Below are positions 1 through 12,020 of a DNA stretch of 64,000 nucleotides, one piece after another. The notes under the pieces are model-generated. The model was not told the DNA's origin, ran no database searches, and saw nothing but the letters and a program-made list of their open reading frames with translations. The position numbers and the translations under genes are program-made. The stretch comes from Octopus bimaculoides (lineage: Eukaryota). Every line of letters starts with the position of its first letter. Positions within the stretch are counted from its first letter, which is position 1. The stretch lies in assembly GCF_001194135.2 (NCBI RefSeq), contig NC_068990.1, positions 70,562,826 through 70,626,825 on the forward strand. Reading direction: 5' to 3'.

Positions 1-2615
1 CTATGGAAATACCACTAGTTTTTTAAGACACCATTACTAGTTTATTTCTCATTTCCTAGTTATATTTTATATTCCTGTTGACAGCAAATGTAAGCCACAC
101 TTGAAATAAATTACTTTCTAACTGTCTGGTGTTGGCAACTGTTCTTAAAGATACACATGATCTTTTTGACACAATTTCAAAGGTTTATAGTGCAAGAATT
201 CGTCATTTGTTTCTTTGAGATGAGTATTCTTACTTTCAACTTCTTTCTTGTACACTTAATGAAAACCTGCTTCTGTGAGCTTTCTTTCTTCTTTCCTATT
301 GTATTGGACTTTTAGACTATTTAGTTGGTTTTTGTCTTTAAGGAACTTTAATTTTCCTGTCTCTCCTAACCACACACATCAGAAATTAAGTGAAGTTTAC
401 AAAGTATTGATTTAAAGGATTATAGCAAACCACAATAGAATAAATGTCCCATTAATGTGGCAATAGGAGTTGGGTTGCTTAAACAATGGTACCACACCAC
501 AGCTTGATGGTTTAAACCAAACACTACTGTAAAACTCACATGCACCCATGCGTACACGCACACACACACGACATCAAAATATGTCATCATTGTAGCAATT
601 GATTGAAAGTAAAATACAAACATTCTTTAGTTTATTCTTTCAATATTATTTCTAGATCCGTTTGTATGTTATATTAGGTCTAGTCTGTATGTTTTGATAT
701 TTGTTTATGAAGTAATGGAGAAAGTTTCCTTCTCCTTATTTGAATATTCTTCTTCTTTTTCTTCTTTTTAATGTCCATTGTCCATGCTGGCATGGGTTGG
801 ACGGTTTGACCAGGGCTAGCAAGCTGGAACACAGTGTTCAACTAGTACTTATTTTATTTACCCTGGAAGGATGAAAGGCAAACTTGACCTCTTTGGCATT
901 CAAACTCAGAAGTTAAAATTGGAAGAAATGCCACTAAGCATTTTTCTCGGCATAGTAATGACTCCACTAGCTCGCTACCTTCACTGTTATTCTACCATAT
1001 TGCCAACTGACTTCTCTTTCACTCCACACCACCACCACCAACACCACCTATTACCAATTGTAACAAAATAACCAGTTCCTGCTATGAAGTTTGAAGCTAA
1101 AATTCTAGCATGTTCTTTGTTTGGATAAACTCTCTCTGTTACAATTGTTTTTAATTTAGGCACAAGGCTAGAAATTTGGGGGAAAATGAAAAGTTGATCA
1201 TATTTGCCCCAACTTACTAGTACTGTATTCTCCCATCTCTGTAGGGATGAAAGGCAAAATTGATTTCAGCAGGATTTGAACTTGAAACAACAAAGTGCTG
1301 GAACAAATACTGCAATGTATTTTGTCCTTTGCTCCAGTGATCCTACCTATACTCCCTCCCCACACAACTCTAAAAGCTAATCTGCAGCCTTTAATAATGT
1401 AACAATGGTTAGGATTAGGTTTTCTGATTGAAGTAAATGTCAATTTTCTGGTGGTGATGGTGGGTGATGGTGAGGTTTCTATTACATGACTGACACTGGA
1501 CATTGGTGGAATAGACAGATGACCTTAACCTCCTTTCAATTGAGAACTGCAAAGCATCAGACAAGATATTGTAAAACACCTGGTCAGGCTTTCTATTCTT
1601 TGTACTATCACCACTGTCTATGTACAGCTAAAGGAAAACACATGCACACAGGCATGCGTGCGTGCACGCACGCACACACACACACACACACACACATATG
1701 TATACATAAGGAGTTGTTATAAGTGAGATAAAGAAATAGGTGATTGTGGCTTTTGCATCCTTCTCAAAAATGTCGGTGTTACTGTTAAAATCCTTGTGAC
1801 CTAATTGAATATTGTATTCCAGCTACAACCATTCTGTCATCTTTTAAATCTTAGTGTAGCTTCGACTATTTTATCCAGTATGTTTCCCCTTCTTTTAAGA
1901 CTCTAGGATATGATTTGATAACAATTTGCCTGCTATTTTTAACACGTCAAGCAACTACTGAGAAGCCTATTTCACTGGTTTCTCATGTAAATGTTTGCTC
2001 TAAACCTGATTTGAAGCTAAGTAGGAGTTAAGTTGGGTTTGTCAAGAACATACAGCTGTAACACAGTATTTTATATTTGTCTTTGTTATCTTTATCTTCC
2101 TGTCTTTTTAATCTCCCCTTCTCTCTCACCCTTTCCCCTCTATATATTATTTGCTCTCTCCCCTCTTTCTCTCTCCCTATCGACCCCTCTCTTTCTCTTC
2201 CAAAAGACAACAAAAACAGAACATCTACTTCAAATATGACGCTAAGTGCTTAATGTTAGACTATCAAATTGCCCAAAAACAATTGAAGCAAATATCTGAG
2301 TTTATTGAAATATAATACATTTTCCAGAATAAATTTGACAAAAAAAAAAAAAAGAAAAAAGAAAAGGAAAAATGTTTAAAAATAAAAACAAAGAGCAATA
2401 AGACCAAAACATTTATTGTTCTGCAACAATCAGAGATTTATATTAACTTGTCTTTTTGTAGAAGGGTTGAACATGATTGAACTTAAAACTTAGTTCTGAA
2501 TCAGCCAATAGTGGAGCCTATGCAGTTGCTTGCCTTGCTAGAAATAGAAGCCAAAGCATCTATCAATCACATTTTATTGTAAAGTAAGACATTTTTCTTT
2601 GTCTTTTATTCAAGC

Positions 2616-5600
2616 GGAGGACGCTTGAAAGGAGACATGTCAATGTATGCTGCATACAAGAGGTAAGATGGAGAGGAGCTTCAGCTAGGATCCTCACAGG
2701 CAAGGTACCTAGGTATAAAATCTTCTGGTAAGGTAACATGGATGGAGTAGGGGGTGTAGGCATCATCCTTGCGGAGAAATGGGTAGATAAAATCATAGAG
2801 GTTGTCAGGGTATGCGATAGAGTGCTTAAGCTCAGGCTAGTCCTGCAGAACAGCACAGCTACAATTATCTCTGCCTGCGCCCGACAAGCGGGCCTACCAA
2901 ATGATCAGACAGACCATTTTTATGATACCCTTCTACAGGCTACCTCAAAGATGAGTGGCAATGACCTCATCTTTGCGACTGGAGATTTTAATGGGCATGT
3001 TGGGCGGCAATCCAGTATCTTTACTGGTGTACATGGGGACCATGGTATTGGTTCTTGAAACAATGAGAGAACTAGGCTACTGGAGTTCTGTGATGCATGT
3101 AACCTTTCAATCTGCTACACTAACTTCAGGAAGCCAGACAGCCACCTGATAACCTATCAATCAGGTGACTCTGCTAGCCAGATTGATTTCATCTTCACCA
3201 GACAGTGAAACGCAGGGCTGCTCTTAAATACAAAGACCCTCCCAGGTGAAGAATGTACCCCCTAGCATAGACTACTCGTTAGTGACTTTAGGCTCAAGGC
3301 CAGAAGGATGCCAAGAAGCAGACCAATACAGAAAAGAAAGATTTGGAAGCTAAAGCACCCTTCACATGGTCAGAGATTTAGGGACATCCTCATCAAGAAA
3401 TTTGATGAAAGGGAGGAGGAGCTACAGACCTCGGACATGGAAGGTAGCTGGAAATTCCTACAAGACAGCTTATTGAGTGCCACAGACTGAGTCTGCGGAT
3501 GGTGCAAAGTTCCCTCCAGACCTAGAGTAATGTGGTGGTGGAATAATACGGTAGACAAGGCCATTAGAGCAAAGAAACAGGCCTGGAAAGCCTGGAAGGG
3601 TAGGGGTAGCAGGGAACTGTACCAGATAGCCAGAAAGGAGGCTGAGCAACAGGTATACATAGCCAAGGGCGAAGCAGAAAAGAAGTTTGCCAATGTCCAG
3701 CGACATGAGAACCAAATAACTGAAGTATTTCAGATTTGAAGACAGTGTGTGAGAGAAAATTGTGATGTCACAGGAGAGAAATGTGTCTGCATGGATGATG
3801 GTGCACTTGCTTTTAATGATTTGGAAAAGAAAGAGGCCTGGAGAAGTCATTATGAAAGACCACTGAATGTGGAGAATGATTGGGAGGAAGACAGCCTGCC
3901 AAATGTTGACCCAGTAGAGGGACCAGCTATCCGAATAGACAGCACCCTGATAGATAAAGCAATTAAGGGTATGAAGTTAGGAGAATCCCCCAGCCCATCA
4001 GGCATCATTGATGAGATGCTTCAAACTTCTGGTGATGTGGGTTATGGCCTAGTCACCTGCATTGTAAACCAGGTAGTTCGTGATGGAGTCATACCCAATG
4101 ACTGGCATAGCAACACTATAGTCAACTGCTACAGGGGTAAAGGTGATGCTTTAGATAGAAATAACTACAGGGTTATCAAACTGCTAGATCAGGTGATGAA
4201 GGTCATGGAGAGGGTCATAGCCCAACTAATTAGGAAGAGAGTCTGCTTAGATGAGATGCAGTTCAGTTTTGTGCCAGGTAGAAGCACCACTGATGCTATA
4301 TTCCTGGTACGGCAACTGCAGAAGAAATACCTAGCCAAAGATAAACCCATATACTTGGCTGTTGTTCACTTGGAGAAAGCCTTTGACATGGTCCCCCAAT
4401 CCCTTATCTGGTGGGCAATGTGGAAACTGGGGACTGACAAATGGTTAATAAGGACTGTACAGGCCCTATAGAGATGCCGTTAGTAAGGTTAGGGTTGGCA
4501 ATGAGTATAGTGAAGAATTCCAGTTAGAAGTAGGGTTACACCAAAGATCAGCCCTCAGTCCCCTTCTATTCATCATAGCCCTCCAGGCAATAACAGAGGA
4601 ATTGAAGACAGGTTGCTCCTGGGAGCTCCTCTATGCTGATGACCTTGCTCTCATAGCAGAATCACTACCAGAACTAGAGAAGAAATTTCAGGTGTGGAAG
4701 CAAGGTTTAGAATCGAAATGCCTTAGAGTCAATGTTGCAAAGACCAAAGTTGTAGTAAGTAGGAAGGCAAACTCATCACACACCCCTTCAGGTAGGTGGC
4801 CCTGCTCAATCTGTAGAAAAGGTGTAGGTAGAAACTCCATAAGATGTACTCAGTGTAATCTATGGACATATAAGAGGTGCAGCAAAGGAAGATTAACCGG
4901 GAAGATAGCTTTCATGTGCGGCAGATGCACAGGGGAAATAAACACCACAGATGCTCAGGAAACAGATTCCATCACTTGCCAGGGGGAGAAACTAGAAGTA
5001 GTTTATAGCTTCCCTAGGTGACCAAGTCTGTCGTGTGAGTGGATACTCAGAGAGTGTTACCACTAGAATGAGAATAGCCTGGGCAAAGTTCAGAAAGCTT
5101 CTACCCCTACTGGGGACAAAGGGCCTCTTGCTCAAAGTGAAAAGTAGATTCTACAATGCATATGTGTGAACTGCCATGCTTCACAGCAGTGAAACATGGG
5201 CCGTGACTGCTGAAAACATGTGTAGGCTTCAAAGAAATGAAGCTAGCATGATCCGCTGGATGTGTAATGTCAGTGTGCACACACGACAGAGTGTAAGCAC
5301 CCTGAGAGAAATGTTGGACATAAGAAGTATCAGATGCGGCGTGCAAGAGAGACATTTGCATTAGTACAGTCATATACTACAGATGGGTGAGGAGAGCTGT
5401 GTGAAGAAGTGCCTCTCCCAAACAGTTGCAGGAATCCAGAGTGGAGGGTGACCCAGGAAGACATAGAATGAGGTGGTGAAGCATGACCTTTGAACATTGG
5501 GCCTCACAGAGGCAATGATGAAAGATTGAGACATCTGGAGATATGTTGTGACTGAGAACATCTGGCAAATAAAGTGAGTCCATAGCTATAACCTACACCA

Positions 5601-6033
5601 GTGTCATATAACCAGCCCACTCAAAAGTACCCTGGACCGTAGGGCAACATTCCATGCTTGAGGAGACCTTTTGAGTCAAGTACATCAAAATGAAAATCAA
5701 ATGGAAATCATAGTTGCGATCCCTGTGCCAGTGGCACTTAAAAAGCACCATCTGAACGTGGCCGATGCCAGTGTCGCTTTGATTGACTTCCGTGCCGGTG
5801 GCCCATAAAAAGCACCAACCGACTGGGGTCATTGCCAGCTTCCACTGGCCCCTGTGCCAGTGGCACGTAAAAAGCAACCATTACACTCTCAGAGTGGTTG
5901 ACGTTAGGAAGGGCATCCAGCTGTAGAAACACTGCCAGACCAGACTGGAGCCTGGGGCAGCCTCCCAGACCCCAGTTGAACCATCCAACCCAAGCCAGCA
6001 TGGAAAACAGACGTTAAACAATGATGATGATGA
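2616..6033 (+). mobile_element. RTE-clade LINE, near full length, slightly 5'-truncated, decayed (APE endonuclease + RT + PHD-like finger + 3' UTR ending in (GAT)n)
   Basis: APE motifs CCIQEVRW, GDFNGH, SQIDFI; RT motifs NYRVIKLL, F(S)FVPGRSTTDAIF, LEKAFD, YADDL (about 4633); C-terminal ETWAV...MIRWM; several stops and frameshifts; tail gttaaacaatgatgatgatga. Confidence 0.93.
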
Positions 6034-6037
6034 CATA

Positions 6038-7645
6038 CAGTATCTCATAGAAGTACATCCCTAAAACATTTCAGTAAAATTGCTTTTACTCTGATAATAT
6101 CGAAAGAAACCAAAGAAAATTTATACTGAATAAAATATATTATACATGCAAACATTATATAAACTTGGAACACAAAGCAATAACCATTTTCAAAGATATG
6201 AACGAAATATTAATTTTCAAATATTACAGAAATATGTATACCCTAAAGGAAATTTGCTATATTCAATATTTTATCTCCTTATTTTTAGTATATTCAGATA
6301 TTGCTGATAATTTCAATTCTAATAAATTATTTCTCCTGGCATTTTTGTACTGGTCATTGTTATTGCATCTGCAGGAATTCTGATTTGTGTACCGTGGTGA
6401 AAATCTTCTTCATAATGATTAAAATGACACCAAAAGGAAAAGAATTGTCTGCAGATTTGAAGAAAATTATTTTTAATTTGCACAGGAATGGTTTAGGATA
6501 CAAGTTAATTTGCAAACGAATACATATTAGTCTAAATACTGTTGCCGAAGTATTTCAGAAGTACAAAGCTACTGGCCGGCTAAGCAATAAACATCATCCA
6601 GGTTGTCCTTCTATTTTAACTGCACATAATATTCACTCCATCCAACATAGCATGATGGACAACAGGCATCGTACCACTTCATCTTTGGCCCAAGATGTGT
6701 CTTCTGTTAGTGGAAAGAGTATATCTGCCCAAACAGTTCACCAAAGTTTAAACCAGTGTGGTCTTCATGGCCACATTTCTCGTAAGAAGCCTCTCTTTAC
6801 TACCAGGTATAAATCATGTTGTCTTTCTTTTGCTGAAACCTATGTGAGTAAAGGGAAGGAGTTTTGGAATACAAATTTTTTTTCTGATGAGACTAAAATC
6901 AACTTGTTTGGGTCAGATGGTATTAAATGAGTATGGCGATGACCAGGTGAAGATAATAGCAACACATGCACTGTACCTGCCATGAAACATGGCAGTGGAA
7001 GTGCTTTGGGGATGCACAAGTGCAGTTGGTGTGGGAGGACTCACGTATATTGAGAGAACAATGGATTCAAGGCTTTATTGTAGCATATTGCAGAAAACAG
7101 CATTGAAAAGTATCAAGGAACTAGGAAGACATTCCATGTTCTAACATGATAATGACCCTAAACACATTTCAAAGATGACAACTAAGTTTTTATCAGATCA
7201 AAAGGTAAAGGTGTTGCCTTGGCCTACCATGTCACCTGATTTAAACCCAATAGAATATCTGTGGGATGTTTTGAAAAAGAAAGTTGAAAAGAAAGACCCC
7301 ATAATGTAACACAGTTGAAAGACATCATTCAGGATGAATGGAGGTCGATTTCATTGGTTATATGTGGAAATTTAGTTGACTCTATGCCCAGAAGACTTAA
7401 TGTAGTCATTGAAAGCAAGAGCAGTCACACCAAATATTGAATATAGCAAATAATCATTTAGGGTGTACATATTTTTGTAGAGTTTGAAAATTAATATTTC
7501 GTTCATATCTTTAAAAATGTTTATTGTTTTGTGTTCCAAGTCAGTATAAATTTCATTTGATTACCTTCGATATCATCAGAGTAATGGCAATTTTACTGAC
7601 ATTTAAGTGTGGTGATAAATATTCTATGTTAAATTTACTTAACTG
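6038..7645 (+). mobile_element. Tc1-family DNA transposon with long (about 210 bp) IR/DR-type TIRs; transposase pseudogene 6424-7440
   Basis: MTPKGKELS.. paired-like HTH, SRKKP, FSDETKINLFGSDG, HDNDPKH, WPTMSPDLNPIE; stop at 6928. 6038-6248 is the inverted complement of 7457-7645; TA at the left end, right end degraded. Confidence 0.92.
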
Positions 7646-8060
7646 TCATTTATTCATTTAACTGTTAATCATTCTTTGTGGTTCTGAAAATAGTTTGTTT
7701 TTTATCTTATCAGTATAAATCGATTTTCCATTTCTGCATAGCTTGCAACTTCCGGTGTACATACTGTAAATGGTTTGTTATGGAATTGATAAAGACTTCG
7801 ACTTCCTACCCCAAGCGGACGTGTAACTGCCAATAAGATCATTCAAAAGTGGTTGTCCCATTTCCATCCTTGGATATTTGGGGTACTTCAACAAAACAAT
7901 ACTACAAACAGTAGAACAATTCAACTGGGTTCTACAATACAATTTTTTCTATAAGCTTTAAAGCAGAGTAATTCATTTTCTACTTCTAAATATGATTACA
8001 TTAAGGTTTACTGTTTTCTCTGTACAATGTTTACGATGTTTGATTGTTTGTCACAAGAAC

Positions 8061-11000
8061 ATGAAGCATGCTTTTCCTAAAAAAGAAAGTGGAGCTGAAG
8101 GAAGGAAAAGGCGGAAGCGGGAGACTGAAGAAGCTTTGAAGCAAGACCCTTATTCATTATTTTGGCAACAAAGAATCAAATCATTCAACAAGTTCACTGA
8201 CGTTAGTTGAAGCTTGTGAAAATCTTCTTGCCACTGAAACTGAATATTGCAGAAAAGTTGGAAGTTCTTTCAGAATTCAGACAGTCCTTTCTTACCAACA
8301 AACAACTGAGCAATGAACAAGACATGGTTTAGGAGAAAAGTAAGAAATGGCAGCGGTGAGGAAATACTATGCTCATGGCTCCCTTACTCACCCTCTAAGA
8401 ATGCAGCATTTTGCATCTGCTGTCTACTTTTTTTGCAGTCCAATCTTCAGTCCTCATTAGAAAAAGAATGTGGATTCTACCAATGGAAGAGAGCAGAAAG
8501 AATACCTCTCCATGAGAATTCACCAAATCATTGTGATTGTTTCACTCAATGGAAAAAGAATTTTAGTTGAGAAGAAGGGACTAATCGATGCTAAGCTACA
8601 ATAAGTAATTGAAGGTGAAAGACAGAGTATCTTGACAAGAGCTCTTCATTGTATCAAATTTCTTGCAACACACAACCTCGCATTGCAAGGACACAGAAGT
8701 CACTTAGGTTAAAAGATGGGTCAGATCTTGGTAATTTCATCGAGTCGTTAAAACTTTTGGCCACATTCAACCCCATCACAAGAGAATTTTTTTGTCATGT
8801 AGAAAGCCACTTGGATCTACATCTTATCTTTCACCATCCGTTCAAAACGCATTTATCCATATCTTAGCTGTCAGTGTAAAAAACAGTCTGTTTCGATGCA
8901 TTCAAAAAGCATGTTACTACGCTTTGATGATCGACACAAATCCTGATCAAGCCCAAATGTCACAAGTCATGCAATATGTCAACATTGATTTCGAAAAAAT
9001 GGCAGTTTGTGTTTCGGAGTCGTTCCTAAGCTTCTCCCAAATTAGCCAAAAGGATGCCACCGGTTTGGTTAAGGTAATTTTGAATGAATTAGATAATGAT
9101 GGCTTAGTGTTGACCGACTGCAGATCAGGTGCTATGACAATGCTGCAGTTATGGCCAGGAATATAATCGGTGTTCAACACAGAATCAAGGAGTTGAATAG
9201 TAAAATTTTATCCGTGAATTGTGACAATCATCCACTGAATCTTATTGGTTTGAATGCAGCAAAAAGTGATATACCTGTCATTTTGTTTTTTAATGTTATT
9301 GATTTGCTTTTTGCCTTCTTTTCTCAATCAACACGGCTTTGGGAAAAACTGAAGCATGCTATTCCTCTTGTTCTCAGGTCTCCATCGGACACAAGGTGGA
9401 GTGCAAGAACAGATGCCGTAAAGACTGTTGTGAACTTCCTCAATGAACATTTGATGGATAATGGTGATGAGACAGCCGATACATTCTGTGATGCCGTCAA
9501 TCTCCTTAACCGAATATTAATGTTTAATTTTTTGGAATTGATTGGATTTTGGAACTGGGTTCTTGCTCGCATCAATCGCATTCAACAGTGGTTGCAAGAT
9601 CCTGAAATAAATTTCTGAGATACTGCAGCTGATCTCAAAGACCTCAAACAGCAGCTTTTAAAAGACAGACATACTATTATCCACCAATCACTAGAAGAAG
9701 GCATTGATCTTTGTCAAAAGTGGAACATAGAAATCAGAAAGCATCAAGGGAGACAAAAGAGATTACCTCTTGATGATGATGAAGATGAAAAGTCAGCATC
9801 AACCAATGAGATGGACAACCATTATGAATGCTGTTCTTCGTTGTCTTCAATCAGAAATGGAAGAAAGATTCATCCATCTTAATGTTATCGATGCCAAGTC
9901 CGGGTTCCTCCTCAATATCCACTCTCTTGCTATCCAACATATCCTGACAAAGTTGGCCTTCAATCAAAATGTGATTTATTGGCTTCTCAATACTGTGGCG
10001 AAATTGACAGCAAACAGCCTTTTGAGGAAATAATTGATTGCTGGGTATTGCTCTCTACACAAACAAAATCTGCAATAATGAGACCAGAAAAACTCCTGGA
10101 ATTCATTGTTCTGTATGGCGATAACGTTTTTCCAAATTTGTACGTTGGCCTTCAGATTCTGCTCACAATAGCTGTATCAATTGCAAGCTGTAAACAATTG
10201 TTCAGCAAGTTTAAGTTAATCCTATCTTATTTGCAGACATCAGTGTCACAGAACCGCATGCATGACCTTGCTCTTCTGAGCATTGAAAGTGACGAGACAA
10301 ACAAAACTAATTTTGAAGATATAATCAATCAGTTCACCTCATCAAAAGCAAGAAAGATGAGACTTTAAACAATTGTATTTATTTTTTTTTTTTTTGTTAC
10401 ATCTCATTTCACACATTAGGTTTTTTAATGTTTCAGTGGGGGAAGCTAGTGCATTAAATGGTTAAAATAAGGAGGTTTCGTAAAAGTAAACATTCAAAAA
10501 ATATATTTTGAATTACAGGCTGTATTGAACCAGCAGGTAAATGAACCCTGATAAAGTATTAGGTTGTCAAGAAAGTTCTTGCAGAATTTTTAATTTTGGT
10601 TTTAAATGATGTATTTTCAAATTAATTTTTGTTAAATTACTTTGACTTTATATATCATTTTAAAGCCCATTTTTCGCTCTATCTAATCATGTTACTCTTT
10701 TCCTTTTTGAATAATTAAGCCATTTTTTCCAGAATGTTGAATACAACATGGACAAAAAACAAAATCGCACAATTTTCTTATTCCAGTTTAAGCTAGGCTG
10801 AAAAGCTGCTGAAACAGCTTGCAATATCAACGATACGTTTGGCCCAGGAACCACTAATGAATGTACAGCACAAGAAATTTCGCAGCGGTGACAAGAGTCT
10901 TGAAGATGATAAGCATAGTGGTCGGACATTGGATGTTAACAACAATCAACTAAGAGCCTTAGTCGAAGCCAATCCACACACAACTGTTCAAGAGCTTGCT

Positions 11001-11971
11001 TCTGAATTAGACGTAACATATACGGCAATTTCCAACTACTTGAAAGAGATTGAAAAAACAAAAAATACTTGAGAAATGGGTGCCACACGAATTGAACAAC
11101 AACCAAAAGAAACGCCGTTTTGAAGTCATCTTCCCTTCTTTTATGCAACAAGAATGACCTGTTTCTCGACCTGATTGTGACTTGGGATGAAAAGTGGATT
11201 CTTTACAACAACCGGTGACACTCAGCTCAGTGGCTGGATGCCAACGAAGCTCCTTGGCACTTCCTGAAACCAAAGTTGCACCAAAAGAAGGTCATGGTGA
11301 CTGTTTGGTGGTCTGCAGCTGGTTACATCCATCACAGCTTTTTGGATCCAGGCGAAACCATTACAGCGGAGAAGTACTGTCAGCAAATGGATGAAATGCA
11401 TAATAAATTCCAACAACAACAGCTAGCATTGGTCAATAGAAAAGGACCAATTCTTCTCCGTGACAACGCTCGGCCACACATCGCATAACTGACCCTGCAG
11501 AAGTTGAACGAATTGGGCTACGAAACTCTGCCTCATCCGCCATACTCACCAGACCTCTCACCTACCGACTACCACTTTTTCAAGCATCTCGACAACTTCC
11601 TGCATGAGAAATGCTTCAAAAACCAAGACAATGCCAAACATGCCTTCAATGACTTCATCGCCACCAGAACACAGGATTTTTACGCTACTGGCATAAATAA
11701 ACTTGTTTCGCATTGGCAAAAGTGTGTTTATTTTGATGGTATTTATTTCGATTAATAAAGTTTTGTTTGCGCCTAGATATGTGCATCTGAATTTAAAGGT
11801 TAAAAACCACAAGAACTTTCTTGATAACCTAATATTTATTTCTAAAATATTGCTTTGAAACCTTAATTACTTGTAACAAACAAATACCATATAATATCAT
11901 GGATTTTGTAATTGGGTGGGTGGGGGGTGCATTTTTGTGTCTTGCCCCAGGTGCAGTTTACCCTGGCTATG

Positions 11972-11977
<6 letters not shown>
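8061..11977 (+). mobile_element. hAT-superfamily transposon (ZMYM1/DUF4371-like), decayed; transposase remnants 8061-10368; interrupted by a mariner
   Basis: N-terminal SGAEGRKRRK, TTF-type zinc finger (WLPYSPSKNAAFCICC), DLGNFIESLKLLA, YYALMIDT.PD, VNCDNHPLNL, SDTRWSAR, dimerization motif FPNL..GLQILLTIAVSIASC..SKFKLI..YL; GC-rich hAT-like right end ctggctatgccaccg at 11963-11977. Left end not found. Confidence 0.85.
10559..11832 (+). mobile_element. Mariner (D,D34D; Hsmar1/cecropia-like) element, full length 1274 bp; transposase pseudogene 10748-11755
   Basis: TIRs ttaggttgtcaagaaagttcttg / caagaactttcttgataacctaa (1 mismatch in 23 bp), TA on both sides; WVPHEL, DEKWILY, KKVMVTVWWS, DNARPH, HPPYSPDLSPTDYHFF; stops and frameshifts. 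Confidence 0.96.

Positions 11978-12020
<43 letters not shown>

Noticed and set aside
60-100. Possible 5-nt micro-exon (gacag CAAAT gtaag)
   Set aside because: Cannot be tied to the E1 peptide; such motifs arise by chance.
8061-11755. Domesticated transposase genes (ZMYM1-like, SETMAR-like; TIGD-like at 46-47.5 kb)
   Set aside because: Multiple stops and frameshifts, and transposon termini retained (one end only for the hAT): fossil insertions.
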